Below the pieces are notes generated by a model, which did no database searches, had not been told where the DNA came from, and was given only the letters and a program-made list of their open reading frames with translations. Below, piece by piece: positions 30,513-39,412 of a stretch of 57,226 nucleotides of DNA. Both the position numbers and the translations under genes were made by a program. The stretch comes from a virus (lineage: Duplodnaviria > Heunggongvirae > Uroviricota > Caudoviricetes), in the IMG/VR virus record IMGVR_UViG_3300025896_000022. One strand, written 5' to 3'. Position 1 is the first letter of the stretch. Every line of letters starts with the position of its first letter.

Positions 30513-30532
30513 TTTTTTAGTATATTAATAAT
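30513..30532 (+). promoter_or_regulatory. Putative phage promoter for lysis cassette
   Basis: ttttttagtatattaataat, similar to 23803-23822, upstream of the holin gene. Confidence 0.35.
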
Positions 30533-30578
30533 GAAGCCTTTGTATAGTAAATACTAACTTTTTTTTATTTTTTTTATC

Positions 30579-31016
30579 ATGAAGATCTACATAATTAACA
30601 TTTTAACAGGACTACTTTTGTTTTTTGCACCTATTCAAGGTCTTTTATTAGGAGTAGGTGGTATTATAATCCTTGATACATTTACAGGAATATTTAAGTC
30701 TGTAAAAAAAGATGGATGGCGTTCTATTAAAAGTAGAATACTATCAAATATTATAAGTAAAATGTTATTATATGAAATTTGTATAATTTTATTATACCCG
30801 ATTGATAAATATTTATTAAATGAATTATTAAATCATTTGATTTCAATTCAATTTTTTGCAACTAAATTAACATGTGTTATTTTGATTTTTATTGAAGGTG
30901 TGTCAATTAAAGAAAACATAGAAGAAGCATTAAAAGTAAATATATGGCAGTTATTACGCAATGCTATTAAAAGAGCAAAAGAAGTAAAGAATGATATTAA
31001 TGAATTAAAATCATAA
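30579..31016 (+). CDS. Holin
   Basis: Several hydrophobic helices, a LDTFTGIFKS motif, E.VSIKEN and a basic C-terminus; first gene of the lysis cassette. Confidence 0.8.
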   Translation: MKIYIINILTGLLLFFAPIQGLLLGVGGIIILDTFTGIFKSVKKDGWRSIKSRILSNIISKMLLYEICIILLYPIDKYLLNELLNHLISIQFFATKLTCVILIFIEGVSIKENIEEALKVNIWQLLRNAIKRAKEVKNDINELKS

Positions 31017-31027
31017 ACCAAATTATA

Positions 31028-31648
31028 ATGCAAATAAAAAATAATTTTACTTATATTATTATTGCAATTTTAATTGCTATTATTTTATTACAAAGATCTT
31101 GTAAAAATACACCAGTAATTAATAAACCACCAGATATTAAAACAATAGTTGACACTGTATGGAAAGTTAAAAATGACACATTAGTAAAAACTGTTTTTAT
31201 AAAATCTATTTCGCATGTTTTGCCTCCTAATGAACCAGCTTATCAAACTTCTGAGAACATAGATACATGCAAAGCAAGATTTAATTATTTATTAAAACAA
31301 CATGCAACTAGAAGAATATATTCAGACACAATAAAAATAGATAGTATTGGTACTATTACTGTAATTGATACAGTATGGATGAATAAATTAAAAAAACGTA
31401 CATATCAAAGTAATTATAAAATTCCTTTTGTAACTAAAACTATCACAATAACTAAACAAGAAGAACCTATAAAGCAATTATATATTGGTGGTAATCTATT
31501 TGGAACTAAAAATAATATAAAAGTTTTATCATCAGGATTAATATACAAAACAAAACAAGATCATATTTATCAGGTAAATGTTGGTATTGATACTGACGGA
31601 GTATTATTATATGGTATTGGAATGTATTGGAAAATCAAATTAAAATAA
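31028..31648 (+). CDS. Membrane-anchored/lipoprotein, spanin candidate
   Basis: Hydrophobic leader IIIAILIAIILLQRSC, a short coiled segment and C-terminal amphipathic beta-strands; lies between holin and endolysin. Confidence 0.5.
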   Translation: MQIKNNFTYIIIAILIAIILLQRSCKNTPVINKPPDIKTIVDTVWKVKNDTLVKTVFIKSISHVLPPNEPAYQTSENIDTCKARFNYLLKQHATRRIYSDTIKIDSIGTITVIDTVWMNKLKKRTYQSNYKIPFVTKTITITKQEEPIKQLYIGGNLFGTKNNIKVLSSGLIYKTKQDHIYQVNVGIDTDGVLLYGIGMYWKIKLK

Positions 31649-31654
31649 TAGATT

Positions 31655-32152
31655 ATGACACCTGAAGAATTTGTAAAAATATATTTACCTGAAGCTCTTA
31701 AAGAAGAACAACGTTCAGGATTTCATCATTTGATTCCATTAACACAAGGTGCTCTTGAAAGTGCATGGGGAACAAAAGCAGTTGGTAATAACTTTTTTGG
31801 TATCAAAGACACAGATGGTGTCAATGGTAATGAACAATTAATTACTACAACTGAATATTTATCTACAGATAAAGCAAAGTTTCCAACAATATTAAAAATT
31901 GTAAAAGTTGGAAATAAATTTAAATATACTGTAAAGGACTGGTTTAGAAAGTATCCTTCTGCTGCATTAGGATTTGCTGATCATAATAATTTTTTTATAC
32001 GTAATCCAAGATATGCAAAAGCATTATTGGTGAAAGATAATCCATCAAAGTTTTTTGATGAAATTGCTAAAGCTGGATATGCCACTGATCCAACTTACGC
32101 AACACAATTAAAACAAGTAATGAATTCAGTTATTAAAAGAATTCCAAAGTAA
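31655..32152 (+). CDS. Endolysin, GH73 glucosaminidase (FlgJ-like)
   Basis: QGALESAWG, NNFFGIK, FRKY and GYATDPTY motifs. Confidence 0.9.
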   Translation: MTPEEFVKIYLPEALKEEQRSGFHHLIPLTQGALESAWGTKAVGNNFFGIKDTDGVNGNEQLITTTEYLSTDKAKFPTILKIVKVGNKFKYTVKDWFRKYPSAALGFADHNNFFIRNPRYAKALLVKDNPSKFFDEIAKAGYATDPTYATQLKQVMNSVIKRIPK

Positions 32153-32196
32153 TAGCTGTACTTTTTTAGTTAGTTAGTTTTCTCTTCTCTTCTGTT

Positions 32197-32224
32197 GAAA
32201 TACCCCCATTACTGGGGGTTTTTC
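32197..32224. terminator. Bidirectional intrinsic terminator
   Basis: ACCCCCA-ttac-TGGGGGT followed by a T-run, between the convergent endolysin and early-gene units. Confidence 0.8.
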
Positions 32225-32226
32225 TA

Positions 32227-32697
32227 TTAACATTTTTTTATTTCTTTATATCTAAAATATAAACCTAACTCATTATAAGTTTTAATACTATTTGTATTTA
32301 AATGTTTAGATAAAGTAGGTTGATTTATATGTGGCATAAGTTTAGTAAGTAATCTTGCTGTTTTAAATTCAGCAATTAATTCATTTTTTAAATTGAATAC
32401 TTGTACTGCTTCTGCATCAACATCATAATCTTCTTTTTTACAATACTCAGAATCGTGAATTGCAATAAGTCTTTTAATTTTATCTCTACCTAATGATCTA
32501 TTCGTAATTGCAATTAATTTTAAATCTTTCATATAGTGATATTCATGAGAAAGTTCTTCATGTCTAAAAAGCGGTCTTTTATAAATTCCATCTTTTGGAT
32601 AATAAACTTTTCTAAATTCCATCATATTTAGAAACATGCATACATATGATCCGTCATCATTATATACATATATTTTTTTTGGTTTTCTACCTGCCAT
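32227..32697 (-). CDS. Protein with two NUMOD1/IENR1-like DNA-binding repeats
   Basis: KKIYVYNDDGSYVCMF and AVQVFNLKNELIAEFKT repeats. Start taken at MAGRK, which overlaps the upstream stop. Confidence 0.55.
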   Translation of the reverse strand: MAGRKPKKIYVYNDDGSYVCMFLNMMEFRKVYYPKDGIYKRPLFRHEELSHEYHYMKDLKLIAITNRSLGRDKIKRLIAIHDSEYCKKEDYDVDAEAVQVFNLKNELIAEFKTARLLTKLMPHINQPTLSKHLNTNSIKTYNELGLYFRYKEIKKC

Positions 32698-33122
32698 TAT
32701 ATTATGTTTTGTTCTACTAATAATTGTTCTACTTTTTCCCAATCTACAAAAGGTCTTGCAGATAATTCAATGTTAAATTTTAATGGACATCCTAATGCAC
32801 TATCATCAATCATAATTTCTGCATATGATTTAGGACTTGTTGTCCATTGATGTTGACTTGGATTAGACTGAATACCATATAATGGAATATCATTTTCCTT
32901 AAACCAATTTACAGCATCTGTTAAAAATTTACCTGTAACATTTTGAATAGTTGGATCTATCACAGGTGTTGCTTCTTTTCTATTACTACGCATAGTAAAT
33001 AGGATTAATTCATGACCTGCATCAGTTAATTTCTTCAATACTGGAACTGCTCCAATGTCTTTACCTACATGTGGAAATGCATGTGTTACTACAGTTCCAT
33101 CAAAATCTATGTTAAATGTCAT
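32697..33122 (-). CDS. HAD-superfamily phosphatase
   Basis: IDFDGT, LFTMR, PKSY and IDD correspond to HAD motifs I-IV. Confidence 0.8.
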   Translation of the reverse strand: MTFNIDFDGTVVTHAFPHVGKDIGAVPVLKKLTDAGHELILFTMRSNRKEATPVIDPTIQNVTGKFLTDAVNWFKENDIPLYGIQSNPSQHQWTTSPKSYAEIMIDDSALGCPLKFNIELSARPFVDWEKVEQLLVEQNII

Positions 33123-33128
33123 ATTATA

Positions 33129-33401
33129 TTATTTATAAAGGTTATGTGTGTCTATGTTAGTAAAAGTTTTAATTATATTTCTAATGGCTTCACCACACTT
33201 TTGTGCCATATCTGCTCTTGTTTCAATTTGAATATTTTCTTTTTCTTGAAGTTCCCACATTTTATCTAATAATGCACTTTGAAAAATATATATTGATGCT
33301 CTAAAACCTTGATCATCAAATCCAGGTTTAGTTTCATAATTATCTAATAATGTACCTTCTATTTCAGATAATATTGGACTTAGTTTTTCTCCTAATGTCA
33401 T
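33129..33401 (-). CDS. Hypothetical protein
   Basis: 90-aa ORF, ATGA-coupled to the upstream gene. Confidence 0.6.
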   Translation of the reverse strand: MTLGEKLSPILSEIEGTLLDNYETKPGFDDQGFRASIYIFQSALLDKMWELQEKENIQIETRADMAQKCGEAIRNIIKTFTNIDTHNLYK

Positions 33402-33712
33402 AGTCTATCTTTTAGACTTGCTTCACATAAAATCAAATAGTTAATTAAATCTCCTATTTTTTCATCAATATGTTCTTCTTTAGGAAAACTTCCTTTCTCT
33501 ACATCATTAAGCATATCCATAAAAGATACATAATGTTTAAGAGCAAATCCCCATAAAGCTTTTTCTCTAGTAGTGTTACCTAATCTAGCTGCCACATTAA
33601 AGTTATGAAGGGGATCATTTCCTCTTCTATATTCTTTACCTTTTTCAATTAATGTTTGCTGTATTTTTTGCACACGTTGTTGCACTAAAATATCAAAATC
33701 TTGTTCTGTCAT
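33398..33712 (-). CDS. DUF1599/nucleotide-modification-associated-domain-like protein
   Basis: KGKEY...DPLHNF...KH...EKIGDLINY pattern of all-alpha (d)NTP-pyrophosphatase-like phage proteins; family recalled, not searched. Confidence 0.55.
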   Translation of the reverse strand: MTEQDFDILVQQRVQKIQQTLIEKGKEYRRGNDPLHNFNVAARLGNTTREKALWGFALKHYVSFMDMLNDVEKGSFPKEEHIDEKIGDLINYLILCEASLKDRL

Positions 33713-33816
33713 TTTATTAATTTATTTTTAGTTTTACATGTCTTACACTCAAGTGTTTCAGGATCAAAGTTTTTTTCTGTTTTACACTTGTCACAATATT
33801 TATATAATGTTATCAT
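33709..33816 (-). CDS. 35-aa zinc-ribbon microprotein (not in ORF track)
   Basis: MITLYKYCDKCKTEKNFDPETLECKTCKTKIKLIK*, with two CxxC motifs and ATGA overlaps at both ends. Confidence 0.7.
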   Translation of the reverse strand: MITLYKYCDKCKTEKNFDPETLECKTCKTKNKLIK

Positions 33817-34070
33817 TTTAAATCTTTCATTATATTTAATAATCTTGATTTTACAACTTTTGAATCAATATCAATATTATAAAATCTTTTAAGATACCTT
33901 TTTGTTAATTTTACAGTATCTAAATTTGTCTTTTTACCAGCAACTTTTACTAATGCTTTTAGAATAATATCTATCATAGGTTCACTATTTAATAATTCAA
34001 TTTTCTTTTTTAATACTTTTAATCTTGTTTCAAGATTTAATACATCTTGCATGTGGTCGTTTAGTTTCAT
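33813..34070 (-). CDS. Hypothetical basic protein
   Basis: 85-aa ORF whose TGA stop overlaps the microprotein ATG. Confidence 0.55.
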   Translation of the reverse strand: MKLNDHMQDVLNLETRLKVLKKKIELLNSEPMIDIILKALVKVAGKKTNLDTVKLTKRYLKRFYNIDIDSKVVKSRLLNIMKDLK

Positions 34071-34083
34071 ATTTATAATATTT

Positions 34084-34108
34084 AAAAAGGGGTATTTCTA
34101 CCCCTCTT
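34084..34108 (-). terminator. Intrinsic terminator
   Basis: Minus strand AGGGGTA-GAAA-TACCCCT followed by TTTT, after the 34116 gene. Confidence 0.8.
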
Positions 34109-34115
34109 ATAATTA

Positions 34116-34922
34116 CTAAAATGGAAGTTCTGCATAAAGTGCTTCTATTGTTCTAGCTTCTTCAACTACATGAGTTGTTTCTTCTATTTCAACAGGTTCT
34201 AAAAATAACTCATCAGAGAATATTTGATGCATTTTTATATGATCATCCATCCAAGTAGAAGGATGTGCATCTTTTAATGCAAGAGAAATATGATTATATA
34301 AAACCCACGCACTTCCTGGATGAGCATCATAGTTAAAACTTGGTTTTTCCATTTCTTTTTTAATCATGTTTAACTGCATAGTAGTTAAAATTTGTTCTTC
34401 AAAAAACAGTTTACCAAGAATATCATACATTACTGAATTAGATATTCGTATGTCTTTTAATTTTTCTTTATGCTTAACAAGTGTAGACCAATATTCTTCT
34501 GAATCTTTAATAAATTCAGATATTTTACCAGCAGCAAGAATATCTGCAGCACCTTTGTGAACGCGTTTGTATGCACCAAATTTAGAATTTGATAACATCA
34601 TACCGTTCATACATACTTTTACTAATCCGCCAAGTGAAAATCTAAAAGCATATTGTTTATTATATGAATTCATAAAGTTTGCAGATAACTCAATATCTGG
34701 ATCACTTTTATAATTTAATTTAAAATTTCCTATTGCTACAGTTCCATCTTGTGTACATCTGTAATCTTCGCCTGTAATAACATATCCTGCTGCAGTTATC
34801 TCAGTTCTCACACGATTGACAACATCAGTATGAGAAATTGGAGTATATGTTTTTGTTTTTTCTGGTAATTCAGTACTAAGCATTTTACCATAGGCAATCA
34901 TGCCATTTATTGTTCTTTTCAT
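34116..34922 (-). CDS. DUF932/DUF945-family phage protein
   Basis: TYTPISH, FMNSYNK, GGLVKVCMNGM and KRVH motifs. Confidence 0.7.
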   Translation of the reverse strand: MKRTINGMIAYGKMLSTELPEKTKTYTPISHTDVVNRVRTEITAAGYVITGEDYRCTQDGTVAIGNFKLNYKSDPDIELSANFMNSYNKQYAFRFSLGGLVKVCMNGMMLSNSKFGAYKRVHKGAADILAAGKISEFIKDSEEYWSTLVKHKEKLKDIRISNSVMYDILGKLFFEEQILTTMQLNMIKKEMEKPSFNYDAHPGSAWVLYNHISLALKDAHPSTWMDDHIKMHQIFSDELFLEPVEIEETTHVVEEARTIEALYAELPF

Positions 34923-34923
34923 T

Positions 34924-36906
34924 TTAAAACATACTTAATTGTTGATTCATTTTATCTTGAGGTAATATTGTAGAAGACTGTTCTACTTTTTTAATCTCAT
35001 CATATATCTTATCTAAATAATACTTTTCATTTACATCATAGTCAATCCATTCTTTTTCTTCAAACTTGTTAAAAATAGTTTGCATATGTTTACCACTTTC
35101 AAGTTGAATTTCGCGACCATCTGGATTGCATTTAATTAATTTAACTCCGTTATTTGAAATATAATATCTAATTAGTTTTTGAAGTTTTTTAACTTCATAT
35201 ACTCCATTACTTACACCTCTTTCTTCAAAGAACCAATTACCTTTTAATTTTGCTCCTGCACAATAATCATAGATTTCTCTATTCTCTTGTAGAAAAACAC
35301 GAGGATCAATTCCTTTAATAAAATATGCATATAATGCTTTAGGTATAATAAGATGAGATTTATTCTTATGAAGTGCCAATTCTTCATATTCAAAGCGACC
35401 TTTGCACTTTGTTTTGCCATCAGTATAAACTGCAATGTAATTATTTACATCGCCAATAATCATTTTGTCATATTCTACTGTTTCAAGTTGTAAAGATGTC
35501 AAATCTTCCCATTCTTTACAGATTTCATAAAATAATTTTTCATCTTGTTCATCAACAAGAAATTCTAAACCATCAGTATTTTGCATTAATGGTTGCGCAT
35601 TAGGTATTCTAGTAGCAATCATTTCATACAACATAGATAATTGTAATTGTCCATTGATAGTAATTCTAAAAGTAAATTCAGGATCATATAAGAATGAATA
35701 TTTATTTTTACTTAATCCATAAGTAGAGTTTAATATAATTTTAAATAGATAGTTCAAAGGAGAAGTTTTTGGATATTTTTTTCTTTCTTCAAAAAACCAT
35801 TCATACAATTCACAAAAGTCTTTTTTAGGTATATGTGCTGGAGACCATTCATTTTTAATTGCAAGATTTGGATAAAAAGAAGTAACATCTGCAGAAAGTA
35901 TCTTCTTACCGTTACCTGCTTTATATATACCAGATTTTATACAACCATGAAGACCACCTAGACCATAATCAGTAGGAACTCCTTTATACATCATTCTGTA
36001 TTTTGGACCTTTTGTTTGTATTTGTTCAATGTCAATTGCAGTATTTACAATTTGACTTTTGAACCAGTTAAACACACCAGTAAATTCTGGCGTATTAAAA
36101 TTAATCATAGGAAGTAGAATATTTCTGACAACTACGTTATCACGTTCAGTTCTCATTACTCTAATTTCCTTTTTATCTTTTTGCAACTTTTCAGATAAGA
36201 AGTGTAAAAATATTTCTTTACTAATTCTTGGCTCACTTGCTGAAAGTAAATTCAAGTTATAAGTTTTACTTAACTCAGACCTTAAATTTATTTGACTCGC
36301 CATTACGCGTTCTCCTTTTGAATTACGAAGAACAAATATTTGTTTAGTTGACCTAACATCATTAATACAATACTTAATAATTGAATCTAATGATTCATCA
36401 TTCAAAACTGGTTCAGTATGATGATGTGGCATTTCTTCCACACTAAACCAATCCATAGAAAATTGTATCCATTTTAAAGAACATCTTTTTGCCATACCAT
36501 CCCAGTGATTCAATTTGAATATATCGACACATTGAATAGTAAGTTTAAATTCTGGATAATCTAACCATTCACCTGAATTAGATTTTCTAATAATTTCACC
36601 AGCATATTGCGCAATAGTACCAGAAACATCATCAGATGATAAACGCAATAACTCATCTCTGTTTTCAAGTATGAATTCAGTTATCTGAGCATCAAACGCA
36701 AGATTATTATAACCAAAATGCCAGTCATTATGTTCAATATTACTATCTAAAAAAGCAAGAAATTTTCTTAAATCATTTTTACCTCTGTTAATAACAAAGG
36801 TGTGAGTTTCATCAGAATTATATGCTCTAAATACAGCAACAAAACAATTAACTATTGTTTCATAATCCATTACCCAAAATATTCTATCACGCTTTTCCAT
36901 TGACAT
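34924..36906 (-). CDS. polB: DNA polymerase family B (crAss-like)
   Basis: Exonuclease motifs MDYET, GYNNLAFD and YCINDV; polymerase motifs SADVTSFYPN, KIILNSTYG, QNTDG and KCKG. Confidence 0.92.
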   Translation of the reverse strand: MSMEKRDRIFWVMDYETIVNCFVAVFRAYNSDETHTFVINRGKNDLRKFLAFLDSNIEHNDWHFGYNNLAFDAQITEFILENRDELLRLSSDDVSGTIAQYAGEIIRKSNSGEWLDYPEFKLTIQCVDIFKLNHWDGMAKRCSLKWIQFSMDWFSVEEMPHHHTEPVLNDESLDSIIKYCINDVRSTKQIFVLRNSKGERVMASQINLRSELSKTYNLNLLSASEPRISKEIFLHFLSEKLQKDKKEIRVMRTERDNVVVRNILLPMINFNTPEFTGVFNWFKSQIVNTAIDIEQIQTKGPKYRMMYKGVPTDYGLGGLHGCIKSGIYKAGNGKKILSADVTSFYPNLAIKNEWSPAHIPKKDFCELYEWFFEERKKYPKTSPLNYLFKIILNSTYGLSKNKYSFLYDPEFTFRITINGQLQLSMLYEMIATRIPNAQPLMQNTDGLEFLVDEQDEKLFYEICKEWEDLTSLQLETVEYDKMIIGDVNNYIAVYTDGKTKCKGRFEYEELALHKNKSHLIIPKALYAYFIKGIDPRVFLQENREIYDYCAGAKLKGNWFFEERGVSNGVYEVKKLQKLIRYYISNNGVKLIKCNPDGREIQLESGKHMQTIFNKFEEKEWIDYDVNEKYYLDKIYDEIKKVEQSSTILPQDKMNQQLSMF

Positions 36907-36938
36907 TTTTTATATATGTATTATCCAGAATTGTCTTC

Positions 36939-37328
36939 TTATATAGATTTTACATCTTTGTCAATTATACTTAACATTGGATGCTCTGGATTAATTGCAA
37001 ACGTATTAATAAAATTTTTTATGTCCACTATATTATCAATATAATATTCATAATAAGTTTCTAACATTTTTCTTTCTTGTACATGTTCTGAATCTTTTTC
37101 AGATAATTTATATTTATTTAAAATTGGTTTACCTGTTGTGTCATTCAACTTTGGAAACATGTGAGGTTTTACTTTTTGATCTTTACCAATTACAGCAAGG
37201 ACATTTGTTTCAGGATCATATATAACTTCATTAAATGGACATTTTTTAGTTGCTGGTAACATTCTAAATGTCTCATTTCCATGAAAATCAGTAGTATACA
37301 CAATCATGTTTTTTGTTTTTGTAATCAT
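36939..37328 (-). CDS. Hypothetical protein upstream of PolB
   Basis: 129-aa ORF in the replication operon. Confidence 0.6.
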   Translation of the reverse strand: MITKTKNMIVYTTDFHGNETFRMLPATKKCPFNEVIYDPETNVLAVIGKDQKVKPHMFPKLNDTTGKPILNKYKLSEKDSEHVQERKMLETYYEYYIDNIVDIKNFINTFAINPEHPMLSIIDKDVKSI

Positions 37329-37349
37329 ATTTTTGTTTAAGTATTTTTA

Positions 37350-37898
37350 TTATAATTGTACTTCTGGATATAACACTTTACATGTTTCTTTGTCAAGATC
37401 ATATTTCTCACAAAGTTCTCCAACTGATTTTAAATCTTCTATGTCTACTTTTAATATCTCAGCATATATTTTAAAATACTTTTCTGGATATAAATAAGAT
37501 TCAATGTAAATCCATTCTGGTGTATGAACACCATAATATGTACTTAAAATCTTTTTAGAATTTTGTGATATTTTTGAATACTTTGCATTGCAAAAAGCAT
37601 CAAAATCATCTGCAATTGTATTAAAATCAAATACATATGCAATAAAATTGTCATTAAGTTCAACACATGAATCAAGCATTCTATGTGTTATCAAATAATC
37701 TTTTTCAAAACGCATCCATTCTTCTGTATGCTGTTTAGCAAAAATACAGATTAACTTACGTGAAGATACATCACAAATTCCTTCCCATTCAATAAATGTT
37801 TGAGAAGGTTTATTTATTATATGCTTTTTAAATCCTAATAAAGGATATAAAAAATTGTAAGATTTTTGGAAATATTTACGATATATGTCTGTTATCAT
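37350..37898 (-). CDS. Hypothetical protein
   Basis: 182-aa ORF, ATGA-coupled to the nuclease gene. Confidence 0.6.
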   Translation of the reverse strand: MITDIYRKYFQKSYNFLYPLLGFKKHIINKPSQTFIEWEGICDVSSRKLICIFAKQHTEEWMRFEKDYLITHRMLDSCVELNDNFIAYVFDFNTIADDFDAFCNAKYSKISQNSKKILSTYYGVHTPEWIYIESYLYPEKYFKIYAEILKVDIEDLKSVGELCEKYDLDKETCKVLYPEVQL

Positions 37899-38938
37899 AA
37901 AATAAGTTCTTTATTTATTATAAATTGATATGGTAAATCAAAGCATCTAGTGTCAAAATGATAATGTGCTTGATCTAATAGTTCTTGAGTTTTTATAACC
38001 CATTTCTCAAGTGTTTCTTCAGAAACTTTAATTGGTGCAATTTGCATGTAATTATCTATTACAATGAATCTAAATTCAAATGTGTAATCAGAATATTGTG
38101 GTTTTGATAAATAAACATTATAAACCAACATATAATACATAGATGCTTGCATCCAATATCTGTAATATTCTATTGATTCAGTAAATGAACCAATATCTTT
38201 ACTTGATTTTTTTAAATCATTTACAAATATTATTTTATTTGTGTTATCAATAACTAAATTGTCAACAAATCCTCTTAATCCAAATAATGGATATTTTTTG
38301 TCAAATGCAGCAAGTTCAATTTCATTTTGTACTTTAAGATCTTGTTCAAAGTCTGGTCTATAACCCATAACTTTCATGACATAATCATTTGTTTTTATTT
38401 CTTCAACTACAGCAGAACATTGTTCATATACAGTTGGATCAACAATAACTTTACCTTCAGCTTTTTTTAAATACTCCCAGTAACTTACATGTTTTTCATT
38501 GATAATTTTTTCAATTCTTTGCGCATCAGTTTTTAATGATTGATACAAATTCATATCTTTTAAAATATCAAGAATCGCGTGTTCAAAATGTTCCAAGTGA
38601 ATTCTTGGATCACCAGATGCATTTAGTTCTTTAAAATGATTGAATAAACGTTGTAATACCTCTTTTGGATTATCACTTGGTATGTCATTTACACTTAATA
38701 CAAATTCTTTATCAAAATCATCAGGATTTAGAAATAGACAATGAATTAATTTACCTTCAATAGCAAATTTATCTGTTGAATCATCTCTTTGTCCTAATAC
38801 ATAGTGTAAATAAAATAATCTTGGACTATATAATAACTTATTCAATCCTGAATAAGACATCATAAAGTTTTTGTCATAAAATTCTTCTTCTTTTTGAATT
38901 TTTGTTCCCATATTGGGAAATAATTGTAATCCTTTCAT
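37895..38938 (-). CDS. PD-(D/E)XK (RecB/Cas4-like) exonuclease
   Basis: MSYSGL, GKLIHC, EIEL, RGFVDNL, NDLKKS and YWMQASMY motifs. Confidence 0.85.
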   Translation of the reverse strand: MKGLQLFPNMGTKIQKEEEFYDKNFMMSYSGLNKLLYSPRLFYLHYVLGQRDDSTDKFAIEGKLIHCLFLNPDDFDKEFVLSVNDIPSDNPKEVLQRLFNHFKELNASGDPRIHLEHFEHAILDILKDMNLYQSLKTDAQRIEKIINEKHVSYWEYLKKAEGKVIVDPTVYEQCSAVVEEIKTNDYVMKVMGYRPDFEQDLKVQNEIELAAFDKKYPLFGLRGFVDNLVIDNTNKIIFVNDLKKSSKDIGSFTESIEYYRYWMQASMYYMLVYNVYLSKPQYSDYTFEFRFIVIDNYMQIAPIKVSEETLEKWVIKTQELLDQAHYHFDTRCFDLPYQFIINKELIL

Positions 38939-39393
38939 TACTTACAGTTTAATAAATCTTTTGCGAAATATTTTCCTAATATGTTACCATTATAACTGTT
39001 ACTTGACAACACATCTAGTTTAATTTGAAGTGAAAATTCACAATAATTTAGGTATTTTTTAGTACAACATAACTCAATGATTTCACGTTTATACATTGAT
39101 TTTCCTTCAATTTTGATTTCTGCAGTCAGTTCTTTACAACTTCCCCAGTATGTTAACCAATCTGAAGATTTTGAAACTTTTTTAGTTTTTTTTCTAGTAC
39201 CAGTTTCTAATTTTTCTTTTTTTGTTATTGCTGTTTTTCTAGTAAACTGCAAACTTTTTTTGCCAATATAAAACTTACCTGTCTTTAAGTGAGTTATTTT
39301 GTATACAAAACCAATAAGGTTTTCGTGATTCGGTAAATCTTCAATTTTTGTAATTACTTTGTTCTTACTTGAAGGTAATGTCCAGTTTTCCAT
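38938..39393 (-). CDS. GIY-YIG endonuclease (DenA/Seg-like)
   Basis: GFVYKIT...YIGKK, YWGS, KREII and YNGNI motifs. Confidence 0.8.
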   Translation of the reverse strand: MENWTLPSSKNKVITKIEDLPNHENLIGFVYKITHLKTGKFYIGKKSLQFTRKTAITKKEKLETGTRKKTKKVSKSSDWLTYWGSCKELTAEIKIEGKSMYKREIIELCCTKKYLNYCEFSLQIKLDVLSSNSYNGNILGKYFAKDLLNCK

Positions 39394-39412
39394 AATGTTG
39401 TTTTTGACAAAT

